From Trypethelium eluteriae (taxonomy: Eukaryota), in the NCBI GenBank assembly GCA_051942245.1, contig JAVECL010000214.1, positions 1 to 35,335 on the forward strand: 35,335 nt of DNA. Direction: 5' to 3'. Numbering within the stretch: position 1 is the first letter of the stretch; each line of letters starts with the position of its first letter. This document shows, piece by piece, positions 1-11,688 of this stretch. The position numbers and the translations under genes were made by a program. The notes below the pieces were generated by a model. That model saw only the letters and a list, made by a program, of their open reading frames with translations. It was not told where the DNA came from and ran no database searches.

Positions 1-2256
1 CTCTTCCCCCTTCCTCGACCTTTGCCACGGCCACCTCTTCCTCCCACCACTCCCATCCACACTCGGACTCCTCCCTTTCCCTATCATGCCTCTCATCCGA
101 CTTTCGCTTCTCGGCGGCGGCGTCTCCTGCTGCAGCTGCTGCTCCACCGCGGCAGTGTCATCCCCAACCTCATAGCTCCGCGTACTGGCGCTCATCCGGT
201 CAGCTGGATCGCCACCACTACCAACACCACTGGTGCCGACATCAGCAGCAGCAGCGGAGATTTCATTAGACGCAGGATTCGCCGACCTGAAGCTCGACCG
301 GCGGGCAGCGGGCTGGGGCGGGGGGTGTCGTAGTGCGGGATGTATTGGAGAGATGACATCGCTGCCTCGGGTGGGTGCGCCGCCCGGTGTGGAGCCGGAA
401 TGCGAGGTCACGGGCGATGCTTGGGCAGGGTGCTGGCTGCTTGGGGTCTGCGGTCGGACTTCTTCTCTGGAGGCGGGTCTATACGGGACGTAATCAGACG
501 CCTGGCTGAGGGGATGCCGCGACTTCGGAAGGGCATTTCGGTTGTACGGCGGGAGGCGATGTGTATGGGCAGTTGTGGAAGGCTGACCGGGGGTTGAACT
601 GGGCATGCTGCTCATCGTGTAGTTTCGAATAAGCGGTGGTGAGACTTTCGGTCCGGCGTCTGCGCCGGAGGAGAGAGAGCGTTTTCTCAGGGTGCTCGGG
701 ATGGAGGTTGACACGGCTTGGTGAAGGGCTGGGGATGGAGATCGAAAATCTTCGATGCCTTCACCATCGAATAGGAGATTGGCGGCTGCAGGCACTGGAC
801 GGGCGAAACGACTTGGGGTGCCATGACTAATGGAAGCACCAGTCGGAAAGCCGCCGTAGGGCAAAGTAGATGAAGAATCGGGGGGTTTTGTCCGATTGCG
901 AATAGATGGAGTTGAAGGTGAGGCTGAGCGTGGAGAAACAGAATCGGAAGTGGTACGGTTGTGGCGGCGCCGCTGTGAGTGGACTTCAGGAGATCGGGAT
1001 GCGGATGGATGCCTAGGGTCGTGAGGGTGTTCGCTGCGGAAGTCATCTTGGACGGAACTCCGACGGTTATGGTGCAAGCTTTGGCTCAGATATGGTGACC
1101 TAGGTGCAGAAGTCGATGCTTGAAGGCTCGACTCCTCAAAGGACCGAGATTGCCCAACTTTCGGACTACTCAGGCTGGGATCTCGGTAAGCGTATGTTTG
1201 AGAAGTAGACGAGGTGAACAGAGATGTTCCTGGATCCTCATAGGGTGGCCTATCTCTTGATGAATCTCCCATGTGCTGACCAAAAAAAGTACTGTCCAGC
1301 TCGCTAACTTCACTCAAAACCGGGGATGGCGGAGAAGGTGGCAATGCGGAATCATTGTCAGCTATCTTCGATGACATGATGGAAAGCATGGAAGTGCGAT
1401 TGCGAATCGTTCGAAGAGACTCCTCGCCACTTAGGTAGAGTTGCCGGAGGACCATCGACGCTGGCCGTTTGTCGGACAGTGACGAGGGCATGTGTTTTGG
1501 CAGATGGCCGCCTGTATTATCAGTAGACTGAATCGTCGCCGGTGGTCTTTTTACGGGAGACCGAGATCGTTTGTTTAGTACAGTGACGCTCCCTGCGGTC
1601 GGCTTGGATTCGACGGAAGGCGATCTGGAGAGTGGACCCGAGGGATTGGAGGCAGCACTATAGTAACCCGTGTCTGCCTGCGACGTCGGTGGCCTACTAT
1701 ATGAAGAGACTTGGCTCTGCAACTGATAGTTCTGATCCTCCAGACTGTTAATCATCTCAATGGCCTCCTTCAAGCCTCCGTCTCTCTTCTCAAGCTCCTT
1801 GCACAATTCTTCATTGACCTCAAACAACTCCTTATTCGTGGTCTCAAGCGTAGTCACTCTTTCCACCTGTTCAGCCATTCGTTGCACCTTGATGCGCAAT
1901 TTGGCCAAAGCTTCATCTCGATGATGTACCTCAAGCTTCAAGCTGAAGTTCTCTTTGGATAACCTATCCATGTGACGTTCCATCTCTCGAACACCCAGAC
2001 CGCGTCTTGTATGATCGCTAGGCTGTCGCGTGTGAGCTCTATGAGGCGAGCTCCCAAGCACGGGCCGAGGAGGTTCATCGTCGTCGAAGATGTAGTCGTC
2101 TCGTCCCCGCTGAGGAGTAGTGTGATATGAATTCAGAGCACGGGAACTCTGTGCACGGCTCTCAGCCAAGCGCTCTTGCAGATAAGAGTTGGTCGGGGTA
2201 GGCGTGCGCCCTCGAGTCGACAATTTGTCTGGCATGGAGGCGATAGAACGATCCAT
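1..2256 (-). CDS. CM1 (Cnn_1N, centrosomin motif 1) coiled-coil protein, 3'-partial (>=752 codons, no stop inside window)
   Basis: Manually checked minus frame from ATG 2256 (MDRSIASMPDKLSTRG...) to base 1 has no stop. It contains GVREMERHMDRLSKENFSLKLEVHHRDE (~1912-1995), matching the CM1 pattern, then a heptad-rich segment (ELFEVNEELCKELEKRDGGLKEAIEMINSLE) and a long S/P/R-rich tail. In-frame TAA upstream at 2296-2298. Confidence 0.85.
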   Translation of the reverse strand, partial: MDRSIASMPDKLSTRGRTPTPTNSYLQERLAESRAQSSRALNSYHTTPQRGRDDYIFDDDEPPRPVLGSSPHRAHTRQPSDHTRRGLGVREMERHMDRLSKENFSLKLEVHHRDEALAKLRIKVQRMAEQVERVTTLETTNKELFEVNEELCKELEKRDGGLKEAIEMINSLEDQNYQLQSQVSSYSRPPTSQADTGYYSAASNPSGPLSRSPSVESKPTAGSVTVLNKRSRSPVKRPPATIQSTDNTGGHLPKHMPSSLSDKRPASMVLRQLYLSGEESLRTIRNRTSMLSIMSSKIADNDSALPPSPPSPVLSEVSELDSTFFGQHMGDSSRDRPPYEDPGTSLFTSSTSQTYAYRDPSLSSPKVGQSRSFEESSLQASTSAPRSPYLSQSLHHNRRSSVQDDFRSEHPHDPRHPSASRSPEVHSQRRRHNRTTSDSVSPRSASPSTPSIRNRTKPPDSSSTLPYGGFPTGASISHGTPSRFARPVPAAANLLFDGEGIEDFRSPSPALHQAVSTSIPSTLRKRSLSSGADAGPKVSPPLIRNYTMSSMPSSTPGQPSTTAHTHRLPPYNRNALPKSRHPLSQASDYVPYRPASREEVRPQTPSSQHPAQASPVTSHSGSTPGGAPTRGSDVISPIHPALRHPPPQPAARRSSFRSANPASNEISAAAADVGTSGVGSGGDPADRMSASTRSYEVGDDTAAVEQQLQQETPPPRSESRMRGMIGKGRSPSVDGSGGRKRWPWQRSRKGEE

Positions 2257-3561
2257 TGCTAGGGTTCGGCGGTCAAATGGACGAGAGGATGGAAATTAAG
2301 ACATGGGTTCAGTGAGCGCAAGCGTAAAGAGTGTGGAACGACTTCAGAACAGACGGAGTCAAACAATGACACTCTTTGTTTACCGGATCCAGAAGCTTGA
2401 TAGGTGTTGTATTGGAGACGATTGACGGTCCTTTGTTAGACCAAACGATCAGCAGAGCGCGCTGCTATCCCAAAGTAATATTGAACCAGTTAGGGATATA
2501 GGAAGTGAAGTCGCACAACCAGGGAGTTGCATAGGAAACGAGTATGCATTCCGGAGGATGGATCGTTGAGAGTTGGTTGGCGAGTAGGGTATCGGCGGGC
2601 CTGACTGGAGATTGATCGCACGCTATCAGAGACAAGGAGAATTATGGAGGAGGCGTATGCAAGGCCTTTTGGGTCCCATCTTATCATGAACCGCCATCAC
2701 GATGCATGGGAGCGACCCGGGCATAATTGAAGACGAAAAAAACGGGACGAGGGTGATGGTCGTGCACGGTCGCGGCCCGTCCAGTCGGGAGCGTTTAAGG
2801 TTCAGCATTCTCCAGCCCCGTTTACAGGGCTCCTACGCTCTACCGCTTTTGGTAAAGCCGACCTGCCTTTTCGCTGCATCCCAAGCACCCCAGAAACGGT
2901 AGTGGCGATGGAGCTGCAGTCTTCCAGCCATTCGGAGTGCATTCCCGCTTTCATCCCGTGCTCGGTGCCTGGCAGATCACACTTCTCTCCTGTGCCTTTC
3001 CGCCCACCCGTCACAAATTGATGAACGAATGGTTCGTCCAGGAGCCTCCTGTCGCAACTTCAGTTCGCCGACATATCATGGCTAGGTACGGAGGATGCCG
3101 GACGAGCCGTCTCTGCCCCATACCACCAGATCATGTGGAGAAACCGTCACTTACTGATCGCCGACGGCAGTTGCAGAACAGATTTCGACTTGTGCTGAAG
3201 CAAACTAAGCATACGCCAGACATATGTCGTGATAGAGCTAAACTACTCCGTATGTGACGACAAAATTCCAATCCGAACAGAAAATGCACACATCCGATCC
3301 CTAAAATATACGCGGTCAAACGCCCCTCGGTATGCACAAGCGTTGCTTGTCACCCCCAATCTATCCTACATATCTAAAAGTGTCCCAAAACGTCGGGAGT
3401 TAAACGTATACGGGTCTCTCAAGTTTCTTTTTCCGCTCGAGTTGATGCTCCAAAATGCTGGCTAGAATCTGGCTTTGTACAACAAAGGGAAATTCGACAC
3501 ACGACGTGTCAAACTCCAGGGCGCCTCTCGTCTCATTTCTTTAATCTCCTGCACATTTGAA

Positions 3562-5004
3562 TCAGCCGAGACCCATTTGACGATCCCTAGACACTGCTCG
3601 TTAGTCATGCTGACATTGGAAGATGGAGGATAGGAAGGGATAGAAGAAAGCGTACCAGTCGTGTTCCACACGCCAAGCATCGTCAGCCGACAATCCGGCT
3701 TCCCGGAGACCACATCCAATATGACCCCATTTCTCAGCCATAAGTTTCCTCGAAAACTCGTTGGTCAGGATGATAGCCTTCTCAAATCCTTCTGGATCTC
3801 TGTAAAAGGGTTCATCTCTACCACCACCTTGTATGTTGCGCCATCCGTATCTTGCCTTGCCTCCATCAGCCTGCTTGGCCGCCTGCATTTTCAATAGCTG
3901 GTTCTTCAACTTCTTGTAGCCCTCGCCTGCTCTCTCATCCTCTACCTCCACCTCCACACTCTCCCCTTCTTCGTCCTTGGTACTGATGTTCCTCCTCCGG
4001 TATAGCGCTCCAATATTCTGTACGCTATCCCCGACGTCGTAGATCCCCCCAACAAACGCGTCTGCAAGCTTGTACCCCTTCATCGCCAGCCGTTCCTGCA
4101 CATCACATCTCGACCCTGCATATGGGATCTGGGAATCCCAACCTCCAACCTCCTGCAACGCCCTCGCATTCATCAGCACAAGCCCCCTGCTATCCCCATA
4201 AGCCTTCATGCCCCACATGCCCTGTCGGCCTGTTTGCGGATCGACCGCATAATCTGGTTGGATGGTCGCCGACAGATCTTCCACGCAACGCTCATACAGA
4301 CTCTTGTATCCATTTTCATCGCCTGGCGACATTTCCTCCTCGCTTAGCGCTACGACATCCATATGCGAGTTGAAATAGTAGTCCCAACCCTTATCCAGCG
4401 CGACGCCCAAAATGAAATTCTGCAGTTGCGAGTATGTGAGTAGCGTCGGCGTGGAGATGACGTTGATGCTGAAGATGCCGGTGAGGCGGCGGTAGTCGAG
4501 GTAGAAGGGGTTCTGGAGTGAAAGTTTGCCCTGCTCGTTCGCGTTAAAGGTTCCCGTATTCTCGATCACGTAGATGTCCTCGGACGGCCACCCGGCGGTA
4601 ATGTAGGACGCCACGGCTTGCTGGAGCAGTTTCCAGTTGCGTGTGAAGCCGATGACAAGGGGGGTGTTCTCGTAGAAGTGCGGCGCCGGGGGCCGGTTCC
4701 AGAGCGGAATGGGTGGCATGTCGGCATATGAGGTGGCGGCTTGAGCGAGAGGGAAATTATCAACTATGGGTTCGATCGAGGTACGGTCAGGCTTGTAGAT
4801 GGGATGGCGTGGGCTGTTTGGGGAGTCTTGATTCTGTTCGAGATTGTTGAAAAGGTCAAGGTCGGATCGTTGGTTGGGTGGGAGATCCAGGTGCTGAATT
4901 ATCTGCCTATGTATGCCTGTCCGTAATGAAAGCAGCGTGAGGATGATGAACAGAGTGGGAAAGAGCACGACGACCACCAGCCGTCGATTCAATTGGGCCA
5001 GCAT
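3562..5004 (-). CDS. Type II membrane glycosyltransferase-like (GT-A/GT2-like) protein, ~457 aa; exons 5004-3656, 3586-3562
   Basis: N-terminal signal anchor (RRLVVVVLFPTLFIILTLLSL), Pro-rich stem, and motifs PLVIGFTRNW, IYVIENTG, SHMDVV, VGGWDSQIPY. Probable terminal intron GTACGC(3655)..GACTAAC..CTAG(3587) gives the C-terminus HDWDRQMGLG*. The unspliced ORF ends at 3601. Confidence 0.75.
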
Positions 5005-6156
5005 GATGGAGGTGTGATGTTGAGGAAGTTCAGGGAGAAGGCGAACGATGGCGTAGACTTGGCATTCGATGCCAACAAGGCCTCAAGCACGCCAATCCGA
5101 CCGTGCGAGCCTGTGCTCGAATCGAGCCAATATGGCGGAGGTCGGTAGATCCGATGGATAGAGAGTTTGAGAGAGACAGACAGACGTCAGAAAAGTTGAG
5201 CACCCATTAGGGTAGGTAGCGATGGAGATGGCACAATTTCGGCGGTCCCAGGGTCTGAAACGAAGAGCCGGTGTACCACGGGCAGGCAGCTCAGCGGCGA
5301 TGGGGAGAATGGAAGCCACGCAAAAGATCGAAAGGCGAGGAATCTCGACTCTGGCCAAAGTTGGTTGAGCCAGATCAAACTTTCATAGCGAACCAGCTGC
5401 AGCACGCCGTGCCACGGAGTACGTAAGCGTCGCCCAGAAATGCACCAAACGCACCAGAGTTAGGTTCGCCTTTTCCAGGCTCTCGTGGTACTCCAAGCAG
5501 AAAATGCCACGGCGCGCTACCAGTCGCAGCGTCGCAAGCGAAAGCTATAGTGCCACAGCTGAACAAATACCGGTCAAGCCGCGCTCGGTCGATTTACCTG
5601 AGTCGTATTTTGTTTGCCATCATCCGCCAACAAGCCAGGGGGCCGTGCCGCCGTCTCCTTTGGGGATAAAGCGCATCGTCACACCATCGCCAGCATCTCT
5701 ATTGTCATACATAGAAGGTGCTACCAACCTCGACTCAAGCCAATTCTGACAGGCACCTATACTCTATAAAATTCAAAGAAATGGATTGAAGCTCCAATAA
5801 AATGCGAGCGAACGATGAGTATTGTGTCAGCTGGATTACCTGTGCTTCCGTCAGGACACTTTATCAACAAAACCCTTCTTCTGCTTCGGTTTTCTCACAC
5901 AAGCTGTCGAGTTCGTTTTTTTCTTTTTTCTTTTTGGACAATGAAATTTAGATTTTATCTACACCTTAACCAACAATGTACAGTGTTCCAGAGCGTTTGC
6001 CAGCCTTGGATAAGGGGCCTACACCAAGGGAAGTAAGAATGATTCAGCCAAAGTAAAAGATACTAGTACAGCATTCATGAGTCTCATCTGCCGCTCATTT
6101 CGAAAATCGACGTCACTAACCAGTGACCATGCGTTCTTTGTACACCAGAACAACCT

Positions 6157-9100
6157 CTACTCGCCCTTCAACTTATCCTGCTTCACCGAGAATGCCATCT
6201 CCAGCAAATCAGCTTCCTCCTTCATGTGTGTTCCCTTCAAACCGGTGGCTACACTAGCACTCGGATTTCTGCCTGCATACATGACGTGCCTTCTGTTGTG
6301 ATGTTCGGTCTGATTCAGCAATGTCTCGATACGCGGTTGTGTGAAGCTCCAGGCGCCCGCATTGAGAGGTTCCTCTTGAGCCCACACGATATTTTGAGCA
6401 TTGGGGTATCCATCGAGATTCTCCTTCAGCAGGGCCCAGGGGAAAGGATTTAGCTGCTCGACACGCGTGATTGCCACGTTCTTAATCTCGCTTTGCTGGC
6501 GGTGTTTGACAAGGGCGGCGTAGACCTGACCGGAGCATAGAATGACTCGTTCAATCTTGTCTGGCTCTTCAATGGACTTGCCATGCTCCGGGTCAGGAAT
6601 GATCCACTGGAAGTGGGAGTCACCTGTGAACTCCTCGATGTCTGAGCGCGCAAGCGGATGACGGAGAAGACTCTTGCTGAAGAAAGTAATGAGAGCTGGG
6701 TAGTGTTAGCTGATTGTTTGGTGGATGTCGAACGGGTGATGACATACGCTTTCTGAATTGACGATTCATTTGTCTTCTGAGAATATGGAAGGTATTTGCA
6801 GGTGTGGTCAAGCACGCCACCTGCATATTGCAATCTTGGTGCTGGCGGTCAAGCTTATCTGGAGACGGGAACACGCGAGGATCTTCGTTACAGAGTTGCA
6901 GGAAGCGCTCAATCCTACCAGAAGAGTGCTCAGGTCCTTGGCCGTCGTAGCCATGAGGGAGGTTCATCACTAAGCCAGACCGCTGGAGCCACTTCACTTC
7001 TCCAGAAGCAATGAACTGGTCAATAACGCACTGTGCGTTGTTGGCAAAATCACCGAATTGGGCTTCCCACATCACAAGCGCGTTAGGCGAGGATAATGAG
7101 TAGCCGTACTCGAATCCCAAGCTGCGTTGGATTAGCTACAGGGCTAACATGGACAAAAATGTGTGACACTCACACTCCATATTCACTCAGCGAAGAGTTC
7201 GTAATGACGAAGCTAGCCTGATCTTTAGTGAGATGATTCAATGGTGTGTAGGTGTTCTCATTTTCCTGGTCGTGCAGCACAGCGTGTCTTTGAGAGAAAG
7301 TTCCGCGCTCGACATCTTGCCCAGAAACTCGTACATGATGACCTTCCTGGCAAAGACTTCCGAATGCCAAGGCCTCAGCAGTTGCCATATCGATGTTCTT
7401 ACCTTCGTCCACAGTCTTTTTCCTGTTCGCTAGAATACGCTTGAGGTTACGGTGTACATGGAAGTCTTCTGGCGGGTTTGAGATCTTGTCGGCAATATGA
7501 CGGAGGGTGTCCGCCTCGAGGGCAGTTGGGAGGTGAGGTAAGACTTCTGTTGCTAGTTCCTTTGGCGATTTGAACCCGTTCCAAGCAGATGTGAGCCATT
7601 CTTTTGCGGTGGGCTGGTAATCTTTGCTTCGAGCGAAGCTTTCCTCCAAAGTCCCCCAGACCCATTTCTTGTGCTCATCAATGTCTTCCTTCGTGAATGT
7701 CTTATCAGCTAGAAGCTTATCAACATATTTTTGAAGAGAAGGCTTCTGTTCCCCAATGCGCTTGTACATGAGAGGCTGGGTAAAGGATGGTTGATCTGTC
7801 TCGTTGTGTCCCTGCTTACGGTAACAAATCATGTCGATCACAACATCTTTCTTGAATTCGGCACGATAGTCAGCTGCGAGCTGGCAGACAAAGTTGAATG
7901 CCTCGACATCATCCCCATTGACGTGGAATACGGGTGCATCGATGGCCTTAGCAATGTCTGAGCAATAAGGAGTAGATCGAGCGAAACGTGGGTCCGTTGT
8001 AAATCCTATCTGATTGTTCACAACAATGTGGATCGTGCCGCCAGTCTGGTAGGATGGAAGAGCGTGGAAACCCATCGTTTCGTAGACAATGCCCTGCCCG
8101 GCGAAGGCCGCATCACCATGCAGGAGGACGCCCATGGCAGTCTTTGCCTCTTGCTCATCGTTGTTGTAGTGTAAAATAGCACGCGTCTTTCCTAGAACGA
8201 CTGGATCTTCTGCTTCAAGATGCGAAGGGTTGGCGACGAGCGAAAGCTGTACCCGTTTGCCGGATGGTGTTGGACGTTCAAAGTTCATGCCCAGATGGTA
8301 CTTCACGTCCCCGGAGCCCTCGTCCGATGGTTCAGCAGTCCCACCAAACTCACTAAAGATAGATTCATTGGGTTTGCGAACGACATTACTAAGGACATTG
8401 AGACGACCACGATGTGGCATTCCGATAACAATATCTTTGACTCCGTAATCGACGCTTCTGTCAATGAGAGCTTTCATGCCGGGGATGAGTGACTCGCCAC
8501 CCTCTAAACCAAATCGTTTGTCGTTGGGGTATTTTGTCGCCAGAAAGTTCTCGAAGCTCGAACTCCAGATCAAGCGGTCAAGGATCCGGCGCTTCTCATC
8601 CAAAGAATATTTGTAGGGCTGGGGGACTTCAATCCGTTGGCGCAGCCAGTCACACTGGTCGCGGTCGGGAATATGGATATATTCAACGCCGTAGGAGCCG
8701 CAATACAGCCTTTCGCAAGCAGCTATGATTTCCCGCAGTGTCATCTTCTCACGCTGGTCTGTCTTGAACCGAGGCAAGATGCCAGGGCCTAGAGTGAATT
8801 CTTGATCCAAGTCCTTCTCTTCGAATCGATAGTGTGATAGCTCCAACTCTTTCGGCCTACTATATCCAAATTGTTCGGCCTCGCTGCGAATACCCAGCGG
8901 ATCGATCCTGGCTTTGTGATGTCCTCGAGCCTGATATGCACGGACTAGCAGCTGCACTTTCAAATGATTCATCGTATCAGAGCCCTGGCCCGGTGCCATG
9001 CCTAGACCTGGTGTGAATTGGGTGACTCCGCCGACTGGAGATGGCATTATGGTAGGAGGGGGCTGGAAGGCTTGCGATATGGGCATGTCGCCGTCCTCCA

Positions 9101-9469
9101 TATTACGGAAATAGATCTGCCAGGAGATATGGACGCTGGAAGGATCATGCTTCCATTGCATATACATCTCATCGATGTAATTGGCAGTATTGCCCTGGAG
9201 GAAGGAGTCATTGGGGTCCTGCGAGGATTGGTGAGCTTTGGTTACATTGTTTTGACATGTATCAAGCGTACAACGCCATGGTCAGTATCCTCAGCAGCGA
9301 CAGCATACTGCCGCCTCGAGGCACTCTGAGAGATCAATGCGAGCGGCCTGCGTTTGGTGGCAAGAGCACAGCCTGGAGCTCTGTGGGATAAAGATGAAAA
9401 GCTTGCTCGCGGGGAGGAGCTCCCTCTAACAAGGCGGGGACTGCATTGTCGCAAAGACGTCCGCAACAT
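6157..9469 (-). CDS. KGD1: Mitochondrial 2-oxoglutarate dehydrogenase E1, ~1051 aa; exons 9469-9272, 9218-7174, 7121-6748, 6695-6157
   Basis: Motifs [75 protein letters not shown]-rich presequence [10 protein letters not shown]. Three canonical 52-53 nt introns restore one frame. Alternative in-frame ATG at 9481. Confidence 0.97.
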
Positions 9470-9872
9470 GACGGAGGTCATGCAAGGGGGGAGTCGAGGA
9501 ATTATGAAGAGGTGTCAGGTACCTGACACAGTCAGAAATGAAGATTGCAATGATTAGTTCTGTACAATGCGGAAGGTCGCAGGTCTTTGAGGTTTTGGTT
9601 TTACTAAGGGCTCGTGGTCACTACCACGGGATCGCCGCCACTCCTCCGCGAGCCGCCTTGCCTTGCCGCGTTAAGCCGATTACCTGCATAATATTACTCG
9701 TAGCAACTCGCCCTTTTGTCTTCTGCAGCACCTCGCTTCTACGAGAGTCGCGGCTGGAGCGCAAGCAAAGGTGCGATGCTTAATATGCTCCGGCTCAACT
9801 TCCACTAAGGAGCCAGCTCCGATTTTGTTCTCCATTTCGCGGCAACGAGTTGGCATCTCGTGCTGGCAGGCC
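9470..9872. promoter_or_regulatory. Divergent (probably bidirectional) promoter region KGD1/TFB1
   Basis: Only ~400 bp separates the two divergent start codons (9469 and 9873). Confidence 0.55.
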
Positions 9873-11607
9873 ATGGCTTTCAGAGCGGCGTATAAGAAGC
9901 AGCCAGGAATACTGGCCTTTTCGTCGCAGCAAGACCATGTGGAGTGGACGCCAAACACATCGACTGGTGGATCCAAGTCCGTCGGAATATTTGTTAAGGA
10001 TGTTACGAGTAACAGTCCCCTATCACCTCAAGTAGGATATAGTCTCACTCCTTCTAGATCTTCAACGCACCCCACCCACGAGCGACAAGCGGGCGGTGAT
10101 GATCAGCGCACAATCAGCAGAAGCGGCGGCTCCGGAAAAGCTGAGATTCGACTTCACTTCCTCTTCTGCTGCAACCGACCAAGACGCCTTTACCGAAAAG
10201 CTATCAAATCTCATTAAGAATATCAAGACACAACCAGAGGCCACCCCTGGAACACCTTCCGGGCTTGATAGATCTAAACCTGGGGTGTCAGGCGCAGTTG
10301 CAGATGGTTCCACGTCGCAGGATGATTCTGAGGACGTGCGGCTGATCAAAGATGTTGGACTTCAAGAAGCCTTAACACGAGAGAAGCCGGACGTGGCTCA
10401 GGAGTTACTGCACGCCATTGCGAATAAATCACAGTCTGTCTCGCTCAGAGACCTGACTCAGGATTTCTGGTCATCGAGACTGCCAATGTTACGTTCCTTC
10501 GCGGCCGAACACGGTCAAAGACCTGGTCAACACAACGTCTTCTCCTCGATTCGGACAAAGACTATTGATGGAGAGAGCAAGATAGACCTACCAGCCGAAG
10601 TTATTGAGCTTCTTTTTCAGCAGCACCCTGTCGTTAAACGCGCCTATGCTGATCTAGTGCCCAAGGTTTTTGGCAGTGACCTTGGGTTCTGGAAAGCCTT
10701 TCTGCATAGTAAATTGTACAGAAAGCTTCGTGGTGAGAAGACAGCGGACGTTTCTGGAAGTGCCCAGTTGGACAAATACCTAGACTACAGTGCAGCCACG
10801 GCAGAAGCCAATATCCCACGCTGGGACGATCTCGAAGGGAATGAGCAGAACCATAGTCAACGCAAAGGTAATCAGCCAGATATCACAATGCGTGCTTCAA
10901 CTGGTGAAGCGTTGCAATCCCTCAAAGCCTTGAACAATATCAGCCAGGTCATGATGTCTCATGTCAACCCCAGCGAAGTCGAGTCGTTCGACCTCCAGCT
11001 CCATGATCTCGAGGCAGAGGCGCCCGATAACCGAGTCGCTCTTGATATCAAAGATCAACGGCTCTTTTCCACATCCAAGCGTGACCCAGCTTCTAACGAA
11101 GCAGCCCTATTTGCCAAACTCAAGCCCAAAGAAGTCGCTCACAGTGTGCGAAATGACGTAGTCCATGATATCCGTCTCGATAGAATGAGCAACGTGGACG
11201 ATCTCGATGACGACGAGGTCGACGCTGACGAGGATGGTGACGACGGAGATCTAAGAAAATCGCGTGCCTTCAATATCGCGGCCCAGGGGTCACTTCAAGC
11301 CTTCCGCCGCCAACGGCAGCTCGATTTCTCAACCGCGCCGCCGAACGCGGCAGAGGCGCTCACAACCTCGCATCAGACGCTTGTGTGGACGCTGAAGCGT
11401 TTCTGGAATATCTACCTGTCGGGTGACGCGTTACGGGCGAACGAGTTGCGAGAGGTAGTGTCTCAGCTGGGAACTCATCTCAGTAGCCTTGACAGCCTGG
11501 CAAGCACGCTTCCAGAAAAGTCTTTGGTAGCACCAACGCGAGGTGCCGTCACGGCGGCAGTCACCCAGTATCGATTAGCAAGGGAGGCGGCAAAAGCTGC
11601 GGTGTGA
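9873..11607 (+). CDS. TFB1: TFIIH subunit Tfb1/p62 (PH-like + BSD domains), ~561 aa; exons 9873-10008, 10058-11607
   Basis: N-terminal PH_TFIIH-like AAYKKQPGIL..VEWTP..DVT|NLQRTP joined by a 49-nt intron GTAACA..CTAG. BSD-type segments FWSSRLPML, LFQQHPVVKRAY..VP..FWKAFLHSKLYRKLRGEK, and conserved DLEGNEQNHSQRKGNQPD. Confidence 0.9.
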
Positions 11608-11688
11608 ATCGCATACTATCTATTCTATGGTTGTATCCTCATCTCATTCGCCAACCGCGGTCTTGTATCCAAGGATACAATGCGTGTC

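Noticed and set aside
22..1962. Several short ORFs in the first 2 kb
   Set aside because: They are antisense or off-frame shadows of the long minus-strand CM1 gene.
2259..2383. Possible 5' intron (GTAAAC..TTGAC..CTAG) just upstream of the CM1 ATG
   Set aside because: Signals are weak, and the upstream in-frame segment reaches TAA at 2436-2438 without an ATG. At most a UTR intron; unsupported.
2490..3465. 60-106 aa ORFs between the CM1 and GT-like genes
   Set aside because: No motifs, overlapping on both strands, and lengths expected by chance.
5083..6036. Short ORFs between the GT-like gene and KGD1
   Set aside because: No recognisable features; the region fits promoter plus KGD1 3' UTR.
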